Source: a virus (taxonomy: Duplodnaviria > Caudoviricetes). Taken from it: a DNA stretch of 59,802 nucleotides. The stretch lies in IMG/VR virus record IMGVR_UViG_3300034167_000343, positions 1-59,802 of that record; one strand, written 5' to 3'. Below are positions 35,674 through 45,749 of the stretch, in pieces. How positions within the stretch are numbered: the first letter of the stretch is position 1; the number at the start of each line of letters is the position of its first letter. Both the position numbers and the translations under genes were made by a program. The notes beneath the pieces are model-generated. The model saw nothing but the letters and a program-made list of their open reading frames with translations. It made no database searches and was not told the origin of the DNA.

Positions 35674-36137
35674 TTGAGGCGCTTTTCTCCTTCCTCGGGG
35701 GCTCTGTCTTCAGGATGGTCTGGGGAGAGATGAGCGCCTGGTTCAGCAAGAAGCAAGACCACTCCTTCGAGATCGAGCGCCTGCGCCTTCAAACAGAGAT
35801 TGACGACCGCGCTCACCAGCGGATGCAGGATGCGCTTCGCCTGCAAAGCGAGCTTGGGATCAAGACCGTCGAGGCCCAGGCTGTCGCGGATGTCGCCGTC
35901 ACCGAAGCCGCTGCGTTCAGCAAGCTGATGGATTCAGCCTTCAAGCCAACCGGGTGGGCCGTTGTCGATGTCTGGAACGGGGTCATCAGGCCCTCTGCCG
36001 CGACGATCGCGCTGGTCCTGTGGGTCCTCAAGCTCGCCCACCAGGGCTGGAAGATGGACGACTGGGACGTCACGCTGGTCGGCACCGTCCTGGGCTTCTT
36101 CTTCGCTGATCGCTCTCTGGGCAAGAGGGGCAAGTGA
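35670..36137 (+). CDS. Holin-like protein
   Basis: IRP motif, C-terminal TM helices and FFF.DR.L.K; directly upstream of the lysozyme. Confidence 0.7.
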   Translation: MIEALFSFLGGSVFRMVWGEMSAWFSKKQDHSFEIERLRLQTEIDDRAHQRMQDALRLQSELGIKTVEAQAVADVAVTEAAAFSKLMDSAFKPTGWAVVDVWNGVIRPSAATIALVLWVLKLAHQGWKMDDWDVTLVGTVLGFFFADRSLGKRGK

Positions 36138-36580
36138 GGTCAATCCAGGTCGCCCGCGACCTGTGCCTCGTCTTTGAGGGCATGTACCTCAAACCCTACC
36201 TCTGCCCGGCCAACGTGCCCACCATCGGGGTCGGCTCCACCTTCTACGAGAGCGGCATCCGGGTCTCCCTGGCTGATCCCCCGATCACCAAAGATCGAGC
36301 CATGCAGCTCCTGGAGCATGAGTTGCAGAAGTGCCTTCCGGCGGTTCAGAAGCTCTGCCCTGGGCTGGCTCCGTGGGGTGATGAGGCAACCGGAGCAATC
36401 CTGGACTTCGCATTCAACTGCGGTACTGGGGCACTTTCTGCAAGCACGCTCAGGCGTCGCATCAACAGCGATGATTCCCCGGGCGCACGGGTCGAGCTTT
36501 CAAAATGGGTCCGAGGCGGCGGGCGGGTATTGCCGGGTTTGGTGAGGCGGCGAGCTGCTGAGGCCGCCATCCTGCCGTAG
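36134..36580 (+). CDS. Endolysin, GH24 lysozyme
   Basis: FEG....PYLCPA.VPTIG.G (E-x8-C-x5-T), FAFN.G, STL and LPGLVRRR.AE motifs. Confidence 0.95.
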   Translation: MRSIQVARDLCLVFEGMYLKPYLCPANVPTIGVGSTFYESGIRVSLADPPITKDRAMQLLEHELQKCLPAVQKLCPGLAPWGDEATGAILDFAFNCGTGALSASTLRRRINSDDSPGARVELSKWVRGGGRVLPGLVRRRAAEAAILP

Positions 36581-36632
36581 ATGCATTCTCTGGCCCGGAC
36601 TCCCACCTATCCTTGGGAGATTCGGAGCCGCT

Positions 36633-38255
36633 ATGCCCGCAATTAATCTCAAAGCCTTCGCGGGCCTCAAGCCAATTCTTGACCCTCTTCTGCTTGAGCA
36701 GACGGATGCGGTCCTGGCTGAGAACACTCGTCTGGTTTCTGGGGCGCTCTCGGCGCTCAAGTCATCGACGACTCTCAGGGCTCTGACGAAGACTGCGCCG
36801 CAGACCATATTTCGTTACGGAAACTCTTCCGTCGAGACGGAGTACTGGCTTGAGTTCCTGGCGGACACCGACGTTATCCGCTCACCCATTGCCGCCGACA
36901 CTTATGGTCGCGCCTACTGGACTGACGGCGGTACGCCGAAGTACGGGCCCAACAGCGCGGTGATCTCCGGCTCCTCATACCCGGGCGCCTCTTACGACCT
37001 GGGCATCCCGGCTCCGGCTGCCGCGCCGACGATCTCATCGTTCACGCCATCCACCGCCTCCTCCTCTGAGACCAGGACCTACGTTTACACGTACGTCTCA
37101 GCCTATGGCGAAGAAGGCCCGCCGAGCGCGGCCTCGGCAACGGCCTCCCTGGACCCCGCCCAGTCTGTCGGAATCAGCGGGATGTCTGCCGGGCCCTCTG
37201 GCGCCTACAACATCGTCACCAAGCGCGTTTATCGCTCCTCGACTGTTGGGGCGTCAGCTCAGTTCCAGTTCGTTGTTGAGATCCCGGTCGCCAACACGAC
37301 GTACACGGACACCAAGGCGCAGTCGAGCCTGGGCGAGATTCTTCCGTCCACGGAGTGGGTTGCCCCGCCCTCCGGATTGAAGGGCCTCAAGGCGCTTTCG
37401 AATGGCGCCGCCATCGGCTTCAAGGACAACACCGCCTATCTCTCAGAGCCCAACCTTCCGCATGCTTGGCCTCACGAGTATTCGATTGAGGACACCATCG
37501 TTGGCATCGGCGTCTTCCGCCAATCAGCCGTACTCCTGACCGCCGGGCGCCCGTACCTGATGTCTGGTGCGGACCCTGCGGCGATGAGCACTGAGCGCCT
37601 TGAGCTGGCCCAGGCGTGCGTCTCGAAAAGATCCATCGTCGAGACCGGGGACGGCGTGCTCTACGCAAGCCCTGACGGGATCGTGAGCATCAGCTCCGGC
37701 GGCATGGACGTTCTTACCAAGGGGATCCTCACCAGGGCGCAATGGCAGGCTTACAACCCGTCAAGCATGCAGGCGGCGGTCCATGAAAGCCGGTATCACG
37801 TCCTCTACCAAATTGACGGTGGTTCTCGCGGCTGGCTGATCTTTGACTTCTCTGGTCAGGGGGCAACCTTCTCCACCTCCAACCTGAACGCCTCCACGGC
37901 CGTAACGGCCTTGTACTCAGACAACCGAACCGACACCCTCTACATGGCTCAAGGGACGAACATCGTCCGCTTTGATGCTGGATCCCCTCTCACGTACACG
38001 TGGCGCTCGAAGACCTTCCGCGCGCCCTTCGTCATGAACTTTGGCAAGGCCCAAGTTGTCTCCTCGGCGTACCCGGTCACGTTCAAGCTGTACGGTGACG
38101 GGGCGCTGAGGTTCACGAAGTCGGTATCGGACGGGAACCTGTTTCACCTTCCATCCGGTTACCGGGCGCTCGACTACCAAATCGAGCTGGCCGGCACATC
38201 CGACATCACTCAAGTGTCCGTCGCAACATCCGCTGTGGAGCTGCGGGGCCTATGA
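36633..38255 (+). CDS. Tail nozzle / tubular protein B-like
   Basis: R.YVYTYVS.YGEEG.PS, SEP.LPHAWP, YASPDG and WRSK.F motifs; beta-propeller-like. Confidence 0.8.
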   Translation: MPAINLKAFAGLKPILDPLLLEQTDAVLAENTRLVSGALSALKSSTTLRALTKTAPQTIFRYGNSSVETEYWLEFLADTDVIRSPIAADTYGRAYWTDGGTPKYGPNSAVISGSSYPGASYDLGIPAPAAAPTISSFTPSTASSSETRTYVYTYVSAYGEEGPPSAASATASLDPAQSVGISGMSAGPSGAYNIVTKRVYRSSTVGASAQFQFVVEIPVANTTYTDTKAQSSLGEILPSTEWVAPPSGLKGLKALSNGAAIGFKDNTAYLSEPNLPHAWPHEYSIEDTIVGIGVFRQSAVLLTAGRPYLMSGADPAAMSTERLELAQACVSKRSIVETGDGVLYASPDGIVSISSGGMDVLTKGILTRAQWQAYNPSSMQAAVHESRYHVLYQIDGGSRGWLIFDFSGQGATFSTSNLNASTAVTALYSDNRTDTLYMAQGTNIVRFDAGSPLTYTWRSKTFRAPFVMNFGKAQVVSSAYPVTFKLYGDGALRFTKSVSDGNLFHLPSGYRALDYQIELAGTSDITQVSVATSAVELRGL

Positions 38256-39658
38256 GCGAAACAAAGGTTCCTGCAATCCCTGCGCCGACAGATTCAAACC
38301 TCCGGGATGTTGCGCGGGCGGTGAAGGGGGTTCTTGACGTTCGGGAGGGTTTGGTTGGTGACCCTCTGGACAGCAACGTCACCTTCAGGGACCTTGTTGA
38401 CGGCGGGCTTGTCACGCCCGTTGTTGTCGGCAGAGGCGGAGGCTCATCCTCCATTTCGGTACTTCCTGCCCCAGGCCTTTCGTCTGGCTCATCGACAGAG
38501 CCTGACTTCACGCCGCCTCCCGCGCCGACCGGCTTCACTGTGACAGCCGGGCTCGCAGTAATCCTCCTTGGGTGGGACTCGCCGACGTACGGCAATCATG
38601 CCTACACAGAGATCTGGCGCGCCGAGACCAATGTCATCGGCAGTGCCATTCGCATCGCCACGGTGCAGCCGTTTCTGTACACGGACAACGTGGGGTCCAC
38701 GGGCATCACAAGGTACTACTGGATCAGGCACGTTTCAACCGCCGACATTGCCGGCCCCTACAACGCAACCGGCGGCACTTCCGCCACGACCGGGAAGATC
38801 GGCAATGTCGACCTCGGGCCCCTCATCGTCGAGGCTGGCAATCTGGCCAGCGGCGCAGTCAGTGCTTCCAAGCTGGCCTCTGATGCCGTTTCTGCCGGTG
38901 TGTTCGCGGCAGGCTACGAGCCGCTGTCGATCGCCACGTCTGTGCCCGCCACAAAGACCACCAGCACGGTGTTCAACAGCACGGACGGCAAGCTCTACCG
39001 CTGGGACGGAAGCGCCTATGTGGCGAGCGTCCCCTCCCTTGACATCAGCGGACTGATAGCGGCCTCGCAGATCGACGAGAAGGGGCTGGACATCCTCGAC
39101 CTGTACGGCAACTCGGTGTTCTCCCACACGGGCGCCGTCAGCACCAGCGCCTACGTCACGGTCGGGGGTGACAACGTCACCTTGTCGTCAGTCGCGGCCA
39201 ACGCACTGGTCCCATCGCTCAACTACGTCGGCACCTACACGACCGCGCCGACATCGGCCACGCTCGGGGCCAACTGGAAGCAGAACTCGGTCTACAAGAA
39301 TTCGACCGACGGCAACTCTTACGTCCTCACCGGGACCCCCCTTGGGTGGGTGGTGTATCTGGCTGATGGTCTGGCTTTCCTCCTGACCGTTGAGTCGACC
39401 AACGGCACCACTTTCCGTGTCGGTAGCAGCACCAACACGACGCTCAAGGGGCGCCTGTTCAAGAACGGCGCGGAGGTCACCGACGTGACGCCGGCCGGGT
39501 GGTTTCGCTGGCGGCGGGTGTCTGCAATACCGCAAGCCTCACCCAACGACGACACCACATGGAACAACCTGTATGTGACGGGCTACAAGCAGGTCTCGAT
39601 CAACGTCGATGACGTGTACGCCCGTGCCACGTTCTTCTGCGACATCGTCAGTACATAG
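38252..39658 (+). CDS. Tail fibre base protein with FN3 and C-terminal Ig-like domain
   Basis: N-terminal PAIP...GDPLD..VT.RDL attachment motif; FN3-like TEIWR...YYWIR. Confidence 0.8.
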   Translation: MSETKVPAIPAPTDSNLRDVARAVKGVLDVREGLVGDPLDSNVTFRDLVDGGLVTPVVVGRGGGSSSISVLPAPGLSSGSSTEPDFTPPPAPTGFTVTAGLAVILLGWDSPTYGNHAYTEIWRAETNVIGSAIRIATVQPFLYTDNVGSTGITRYYWIRHVSTADIAGPYNATGGTSATTGKIGNVDLGPLIVEAGNLASGAVSASKLASDAVSAGVFAAGYEPLSIATSVPATKTTSTVFNSTDGKLYRWDGSAYVASVPSLDISGLIAASQIDEKGLDILDLYGNSVFSHTGAVSTSAYVTVGGDNVTLSSVAANALVPSLNYVGTYTTAPTSATLGANWKQNSVYKNSTDGNSYVLTGTPLGWVVYLADGLAFLLTVESTNGTTFRVGSSTNTTLKGRLFKNGAEVTDVTPAGWFRWRRVSAIPQASPNDDTTWNNLYVTGYKQVSINVDDVYARATFFCDIVST

Positions 39659-39669
39659 GGAGCTAGACC

Positions 39670-41175
39670 ATGCCAATCGTCTCAACTGGCCAAATCACCA
39701 TCGTCGACACCAACGATGCGAGGACCATCACCGCAGCGCTCGTCGCATCATCTGGCACCCAACAGGTGTACACGAAGGATGAGTCGACCCTCAGTTACAC
39801 GCCGAGTTGGATCACCTCCCCGCTCACGCTGACGCCGCAAATCTCGGTGGGCGGGTTGACGTCCGCGCTGGCTTGGGGTGCGTTGACCAACAAGACGTTT
39901 GCGCTGACCGCTGGCGGCACTGCACTGACCACGGCGTCGACCTCAACCAGCTTCGTCAACAACGCGGACGTGGCGGTCAGCACGCCCTTTACCGTGACCC
40001 ATGCCGCCAACGGGTCGGCCACTGCGTCTACGTTTGTCCTTACGGGCAACCTTAAAGACACGGTCGCCACGTTTACGCTGTTCTTCGACGCCGACTTCAC
40101 CGACCCGGCGACGCTGCTGGTGACCCACATCACCTGTCAGATCACGCTCAATTCGATGAAGACGGGCACCAATGCGGTGTTCATCACCATCCGTGGCCAG
40201 ACCAACATCGAAGAAGCCACGGGTGCGACCAAAAACAACATCGCTGTAGCGGCGGACTTGGTCCGGTCGGGCGGCGTCGACACAACGGGCCTCACCTACA
40301 AGTGGTACGAGGCGGGGGGCAGCACGCAGATCACGACCTCCCTGCCGAGTGTTGCAACCGAGTACGGCCTGAAGACCACGACGGCTGGCACCGTTCCGAC
40401 CGGGGCCCCGGGTGAGTTGAACGTCAACATCCCGACGGCGGCTGGCAACGCCTTCAACACCCTCGTCATCAACGAAAGCGCGGTGGCCGACATCGGCATC
40501 TACAAGGTCGAGATCACGGACGCCGACGCCAAGACCTACACCCAGTACTTCACCATCTACGACATCAGCGATCCCTACGATGTGAACGTCTTGTCGTCGA
40601 CCGGGGACAAGCTCCAGAACGGGCAAGGCAGCACAACACTCACGCCCGAGGTGTACTACGGCGCCACCAAGGTCACCCCCCTGACCGGCTGGTCATTCAG
40701 CTACTACCTGTACGACAAGAACGGCAAGCGCGCTGGCTTCGTCGACACCAGCAAGGTCAGTGTGGCGGGCGGTGCCCCGATCACATCCCACACAACCGGG
40801 GCCAGCGCGACGTTCACGTTCAGCGGAGCGGCCGTCATCTTCCCGCTCGACTCCCTCATCAAGTGCGTCAAGCCCAACGGGGACGCCTTCTACTACGAGG
40901 TGGTTGGCAACGGCACGACCGCCGTGAACACGGTGGCCATCAAGACGCCGACCGTCACGACGTGGCTCAACTTCACGGACTTCCCGTCGCCATCCGCCAG
41001 CACCGACTTCGTCGGCGGAAAGCTTTACGGCTGCACGGGCGGCTCGGGGGCCACTGCCGGGACGCTGGCGACCAACGGGCTCAGGACGGTGTCCGTCACG
41101 CCTTGGCAGATCACAGTCACGGGTGATGAGATCGACGTCAAGGGCCGCATCCTCGTTGAAGCCAACCGTCCGTAA
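39670..41175 (+). CDS. Multi-Ig-like-domain fibre protein
   Basis: N-terminal STGQITIVD motif; repeated Y.W beta-sandwich pattern; Thr-rich. Confidence 0.75.
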   Translation: MPIVSTGQITIVDTNDARTITAALVASSGTQQVYTKDESTLSYTPSWITSPLTLTPQISVGGLTSALAWGALTNKTFALTAGGTALTTASTSTSFVNNADVAVSTPFTVTHAANGSATASTFVLTGNLKDTVATFTLFFDADFTDPATLLVTHITCQITLNSMKTGTNAVFITIRGQTNIEEATGATKNNIAVAADLVRSGGVDTTGLTYKWYEAGGSTQITTSLPSVATEYGLKTTTAGTVPTGAPGELNVNIPTAAGNAFNTLVINESAVADIGIYKVEITDADAKTYTQYFTIYDISDPYDVNVLSSTGDKLQNGQGSTTLTPEVYYGATKVTPLTGWSFSYYLYDKNGKRAGFVDTSKVSVAGGAPITSHTTGASATFTFSGAAVIFPLDSLIKCVKPNGDAFYYEVVGNGTTAVNTVAIKTPTVTTWLNFTDFPSPSASTDFVGGKLYGCTGGSGATAGTLATNGLRTVSVTPWQITVTGDEIDVKGRILVEANRP

Positions 41176-41187
41176 GGAGCGACGCCT

Positions 41188-44100
41188 GTGCCGACCCTTG
41201 TCTCGACTGGCCAGATCACCATCGTTGATGTCAACGATGGCTCCAACGCCTACCTGACGAACAACAGCGCCGTGCTCCCTGCCGATGCGGCGGGCACGGT
41301 GTCGTCCTATACCGGCGCGGAGACCTTCTTCAAGGTCGTTGAGGCCAATGTCGACACCACCACCAACTGGTCGTTCTACGTCTCGGCGACGGGTGGTGGG
41401 GTGGCGTACCGGGACAGTGACGATGCGGCGGACAGGACGGGGACGGGGGCATCCGGGTACCTTGGCGGCACGAACCTCGTCTCGTACAGCGACTACAACG
41501 CCGCGACTTGGGTCAACAACTTCCCGGCCGGGGCTTCCATCACAACGGGCATCGCCGACCCATTTGGTGGCACGGCAGCCGTCCGTCTAACATGCAACGG
41601 CACGACCAACGCCCTGCTGCGGATCACGATCCCGTCGTTCACGCCGAACGGCACAACCGCCTATACCCTCAGCTTCTACTGCCGTCGCGTCAGTGGCACT
41701 GGGACGGCGAGTTGCGATCTTAACGATGGAGCCCCGTCGACTAGCAACTACGCAACGCAATTGGTGACCGGCAGCTACGTCCGAGTTCAGATTACTGGGA
41801 CGCCCACCGCCACCGCCAAGGCGCTCGTTGATCTGTTCGGGGACAACACGACAACACAGGTGCTGGACTTTGCTGGCGTTCAGCTTGAGCCAACGACGAC
41901 GGCTTCTGAGTTGACCCGGACAATCGGCACCGCCGCCAGCGGCACCCGTGGCTACCTGAAGATCACCTCGCTGACTCAGGACCTGTCCTATCTGGACATC
42001 ACGGCCTCGAAGATCGGCGGGCAGTCGTTCACGCAGCGGTACAGCGTGGCACGGGCCAAGACGGGCGTCACCGGCACCCGGGGCACCATCACCACCTCGG
42101 CAGCCACAGCAGGCGTTGTGTGGTCCGACGCTGAAGCCAACACGGCCATCTCCACAGCAGGCGGTGGTTCTCCCTTGGCGGGAGACGTGGTCACCCTGTA
42201 CAACAGCGCCGCATCCTTCTCGCAGACGCGGGTGCGGACGAGCGGTGGCTTGTGGGCAGCGCTGGCGGCGTTCTTCGGCGGGGATGTGCTGGTGGATGGC
42301 ACGCTGGGTGCGGTGAAGCTCGCAGCCAACTCGGTCACGGCCGGCAAGATCGCGGCGGGGGCAATCACGACCTCCAAGCTGCTGGTTGCACCGGCTTCTT
42401 TGTGCCCGTCGCCATATTTTGAAGACACGGCATGGTGGACCGCCACCCTCTACGACGCAACGGGCTGGTACTTTGAGTCTGGAACTTCCTTCACGGGCAC
42501 TTCGACGCAGGCCGCCCTGTGGAGCGCCCACCCCACAAACATCCCCGGGACTGCGCGGAAGCACCTATGGAGCGGCAATGTCGCGGCCCCTGCGGTTGGG
42601 ACCGTCGTTCGATTGCGCGCAAGGGTTCGCAACGACAGTAATCAGGTCATTTACGTTGCCGCTCGGTTCTACACCGCAGCCGGTGCGAACATCTCTGACT
42701 TGAACTTGGTTAGCGCTGCGAGTTCGGGGCAGCAAGACCTAACCGCCCAACTCGTTGTCCCAAGTAATTCCGCGTTCATCAGATTTATTGTTTACAACGA
42801 AGGCGTCACGACCTACTCCGGCGCCGCTGCTGTATCTGCGGTCATGTTGAACACCGCCGCTGGCGCTGACCTCATCGTCGACGGCGCCATCACCGCAGCC
42901 AAGATTGCCGCCAACACCATCACGGCAGGGCAGATCGCGGCGAACACCATCACCGCGTCCAAGCTCCTGCTGGCGGACCTGTCCAACATAGCCCCGGACG
43001 CCGACATGGCGGACAGCAATGCTTGGTCTGCGCCGACAGCATGGGAGACGCCGCCGAGCGCGTCGTGGAGAGGTTCCCGTGTGGCCCGCCTTGACGCGGC
43101 CGCGAGCGCCTATAAAGTGCTTGAAGGTAAGGTCTTCCCGGTGGAGGCGGGGGCCGCGCTTCACTTCAGCTTTCAAGGTCAGGTGCTCGCTGGAGCCGGG
43201 ACTTTTGTCGGACGGCTCCAGTTGTCGGCAGCGACTGACATGAGCACGCCAACCTACCTAGGGTCCACCAGCAGCGTCTCGACGACTCTTGTGACATCCG
43301 CCGGGAACTTCACCGTTCCTGCGGGCATGAAGTACGCCCGTGTCCAGCTTTTCAAGAACAACGATGCCGCCACTTCTGTGCGTGTGGGTGGTGTTGTGGT
43401 TAGGCGAGCCGCCAATGCCGAAATGATCGTCGACGGTTCCATCAGTGCCGCCAAGATTTCAGCAGGGGCCATCACCACGGACAAGCTGCTGGTCACCGGG
43501 CGCGGCAAGGCCCTCAACGACGACCCGACGTTTCAGGATGCGGCGGCGTGGAGTCAGGGCGGCGGGTCCGGGTCTTTCGCGCTGGTTACGGAGCCAACTT
43601 CGCCTGTCGGTACCAAGGTTCTCCGCGCTACGAACGAAGTTCAGTTCAGAGCTCGCAGTTTCCCCATCACAGCCGGTACCCGCTACAAGGTCACGATGTG
43701 GGCGCAGCAGACCTCTGGCACTGGAACGATGTATCTGAGGTTGTATTGCTACAACGCAGCGGGCACTCTCATCAACTACGTAGCGACCACGGTCTCTCCG
43801 GGCTCCGGCACGCTTGAGGGCATTGACGTACCTGCAACGTGGACCAAATACATCGGCTACGTAGACGCGGGCGCGGCAACGGTCACTGGGCAACTCATCG
43901 TCCATGTCAACTGGGGCGGGGGTGGTGGCGTCACCGACGTTGCTGACTGCCGTGTCGAGGAGTACATCGGTGCAGACCTGATCGTTGACGGCGCCATCAC
44001 GGCGGGCAAGCTCGCGGCGGGCTCCATCGCTGTCGGTACTGCTGCCATCACCGACGGCGCCATCGTGAACGCGATGATTGGCGACTTGACCGCCGACAAG

Positions 44101-45420
44101 ATCACGTCCAGCTATACGACCTCGGTCGATTTAGAGGCGGCGACGTTCTTCGGGTCAGAGTTCTATATCGGCGGAACAGCAACCTATGAGTACAACTTTG
44201 CTGGCCGACCTACGGTCAAGAGCGGTATCGCCAGCATAGCCAGCCCGAACATCGCGCTCAAGTCCACGGGCGCCGAGTTCAACGTCGGGTACTTCAAGAT
44301 CAAGAACGGGGCGGGCGCCACTGCCGTCGATGTATTTGAAGTCTCCGGTGGCAACGTCCGCATCAAGCAAGGCTACTTTCAGGGTCTCGCAGTCACTGAT
44401 GCCATCGGCAACATCATCCTGGCCTCGGGCTCTCCGCTTGCGTCGTCGAACATCACAGCGGCAGCAGGATGGTTGAACAGCAACATTTCGGTTGACGCAA
44501 CTGGCAACCTCGTCGGCGTAGGCGGTAACTACACAAGGCTCGGCAAGAACCTCCTCGATGCTGGCAAGTGGGTGTTTGGCTCATCTGGTGCGCAGACTGG
44601 ATTTAGCCCGAATACAGTCAGCTCCGGCGGCTCTAATTCGATTATTTACGAGGTGCTGCCCGACGGGTCTCGCGGTATTTTGTGGCGGGCCATAAGCGGA
44701 TCAGCAACCACTGCCAACGGTGAAGGCGGCTGGAACACCACGACGATTTACATCGACCACACCAAGATGTATCGCTTTTCGGTGTGGATCAGGTGCTCAG
44801 CAGGAGCCACCGGAAACAACTACCTTGGCCCCGGTGAAAGCACGGTCAACGATATTGGGGGCACGGTCAACAGCAACCCGTACTTCCACAGCGGGACCAG
44901 AGCCGGCCAGACTCAAGGCGTGTGGCACTTGTTCGTAGGCTTTGTACTGCCGTCAACTTACAGCGGCGCCCAGCAAAGCATGAGCGGCATCTACAGCGCC
45001 CTCAGTGGGCAGCTCGTAGGCTCCGGCGCAGACTTCCGCTGGGTCAGTGGCCAGACCACGACATGGCACCGCGCCTATCAGTACTACACGACGGCTGCGG
45101 GGACGACGCAAGACTTCTTTGACCCGCGTGTGGAACTGTGCGACGGCACAGAGCCTTCGCTTGGCGCCTTGCTGGCTATGGGATCGCCGAGTGCCCGCAA
45201 CCCCATCACATCCTCCAACGTCTCCACCTATATTGCCAGTGCGGCGATTGGTAGCGCGCAGATCGGGAGCTTGGCTGCCGCCAATATATCCGTGGGAACT
45301 TTAAGTAATGTCATTAACAACAGCGCAACTTCGGGCGAGCGCGTGGTCATTAACAGCAATCAGATATTGGTTTATGACGCGGCCGGGAACATTAGGGTGA
45401 AGTTAGGAAACTTGGCGTAA
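41188..45420 (+). CDS. Large tail fibre / receptor-binding protein with several CBM-like domains
   Basis: Repeated LIVDGAITA.K.AA stalk motifs separating jelly-roll-like domains; C-terminal VYD.....RVKLG. Confidence 0.85.
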   Translation: MPTLVSTGQITIVDVNDGSNAYLTNNSAVLPADAAGTVSSYTGAETFFKVVEANVDTTTNWSFYVSATGGGVAYRDSDDAADRTGTGASGYLGGTNLVSYSDYNAATWVNNFPAGASITTGIADPFGGTAAVRLTCNGTTNALLRITIPSFTPNGTTAYTLSFYCRRVSGTGTASCDLNDGAPSTSNYATQLVTGSYVRVQITGTPTATAKALVDLFGDNTTTQVLDFAGVQLEPTTTASELTRTIGTAASGTRGYLKITSLTQDLSYLDITASKIGGQSFTQRYSVARAKTGVTGTRGTITTSAATAGVVWSDAEANTAISTAGGGSPLAGDVVTLYNSAASFSQTRVRTSGGLWAALAAFFGGDVLVDGTLGAVKLAANSVTAGKIAAGAITTSKLLVAPASLCPSPYFEDTAWWTATLYDATGWYFESGTSFTGTSTQAALWSAHPTNIPGTARKHLWSGNVAAPAVGTVVRLRARVRNDSNQVIYVAARFYTAAGANISDLNLVSAASSGQQDLTAQLVVPSNSAFIRFIVYNEGVTTYSGAAAVSAVMLNTAAGADLIVDGAITAAKIAANTITAGQIAANTITASKLLLADLSNIAPDADMADSNAWSAPTAWETPPSASWRGSRVARLDAAASAYKVLEGKVFPVEAGAALHFSFQGQVLAGAGTFVGRLQLSAATDMSTPTYLGSTSSVSTTLVTSAGNFTVPAGMKYARVQLFKNNDAATSVRVGGVVVRRAANAEMIVDGSISAAKISAGAITTDKLLVTGRGKALNDDPTFQDAAAWSQGGGSGSFALVTEPTSPVGTKVLRATNEVQFRARSFPITAGTRYKVTMWAQQTSGTGTMYLRLYCYNAAGTLINYVATTVSPGSGTLEGIDVPATWTKYIGYVDAGAATVTGQLIVHVNWGGGGGVTDVADCRVEEYIGADLIVDGAITAGKLAAGSIAVGTAAITDGAIVNAMIGDLTADKITSSYTTSVDLEAATFFGSEFYIGGTATYEYNFAGRPTVKSGIASIASPNIALKSTGAEFNVGYFKIKNGAGATAVDVFEVSGGNVRIKQGYFQGLAVTDAIGNIILASGSPLASSNITAAAGWLNSNISVDATGNLVGVGGNYTRLGKNLLDAGKWVFGSSGAQTGFSPNTVSSGGSNSIIYEVLPDGSRGILWRAISGSATTANGEGGWNTTTIYIDHTKMYRFSVWIRCSAGATGNNYLGPGESTVNDIGGTVNSNPYFHSGTRAGQTQGVWHLFVGFVLPSTYSGAQQSMSGIYSALSGQLVGSGADFRWVSGQTTTWHRAYQYYTTAAGTTQDFFDPRVELCDGTEPSLGALLAMGSPSARNPITSSNVSTYIASAAIGSAQIGSLAAANISVGTLSNVINNSATSGERVVINSNQILVYDAAGNIRVKLGNLA

Positions 45421-45740
45421 TGGCTTTCGGGATCGACGTATTTGATAGCTCCGGCAACCGTACGCTGGAGGGGCTGGATAGGTTGTACAGATTATATTCT
45501 GTATATTCCTACACCTTCGCTTCGGACGCCTCAGCCTTCCAAACCTTGACTATTTCATGCCCACCGTTAAGCACCGACGGCAAGTGGAAGGCTTATCTTG
45601 GGGCAAGCAACCACGATGTAGAAATATTCAATGGGTATTTTATAGTAAAACTAATGGCGGTAAGGTACATTTACACGACAACCCCAACAAGTTTAGATCC
45701 CACATCATTCCCCGGCGATGCTTATATATTTCAAATCTAA
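45420..45740 (+). CDS. Tail-tip associated protein (low GC)
   Basis: MAFGI.VFD..G N-terminal motif; TAATG overlap. Confidence 0.7.
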   Translation: MAFGIDVFDSSGNRTLEGLDRLYRLYSVYSYTFASDASAFQTLTISCPPLSTDGKWKAYLGASNHDVEIFNGYFIVKLMAVRYIYTTTPTSLDPTSFPGDAYIFQI

Positions 45741-45749
45741 GGGGCGAAG

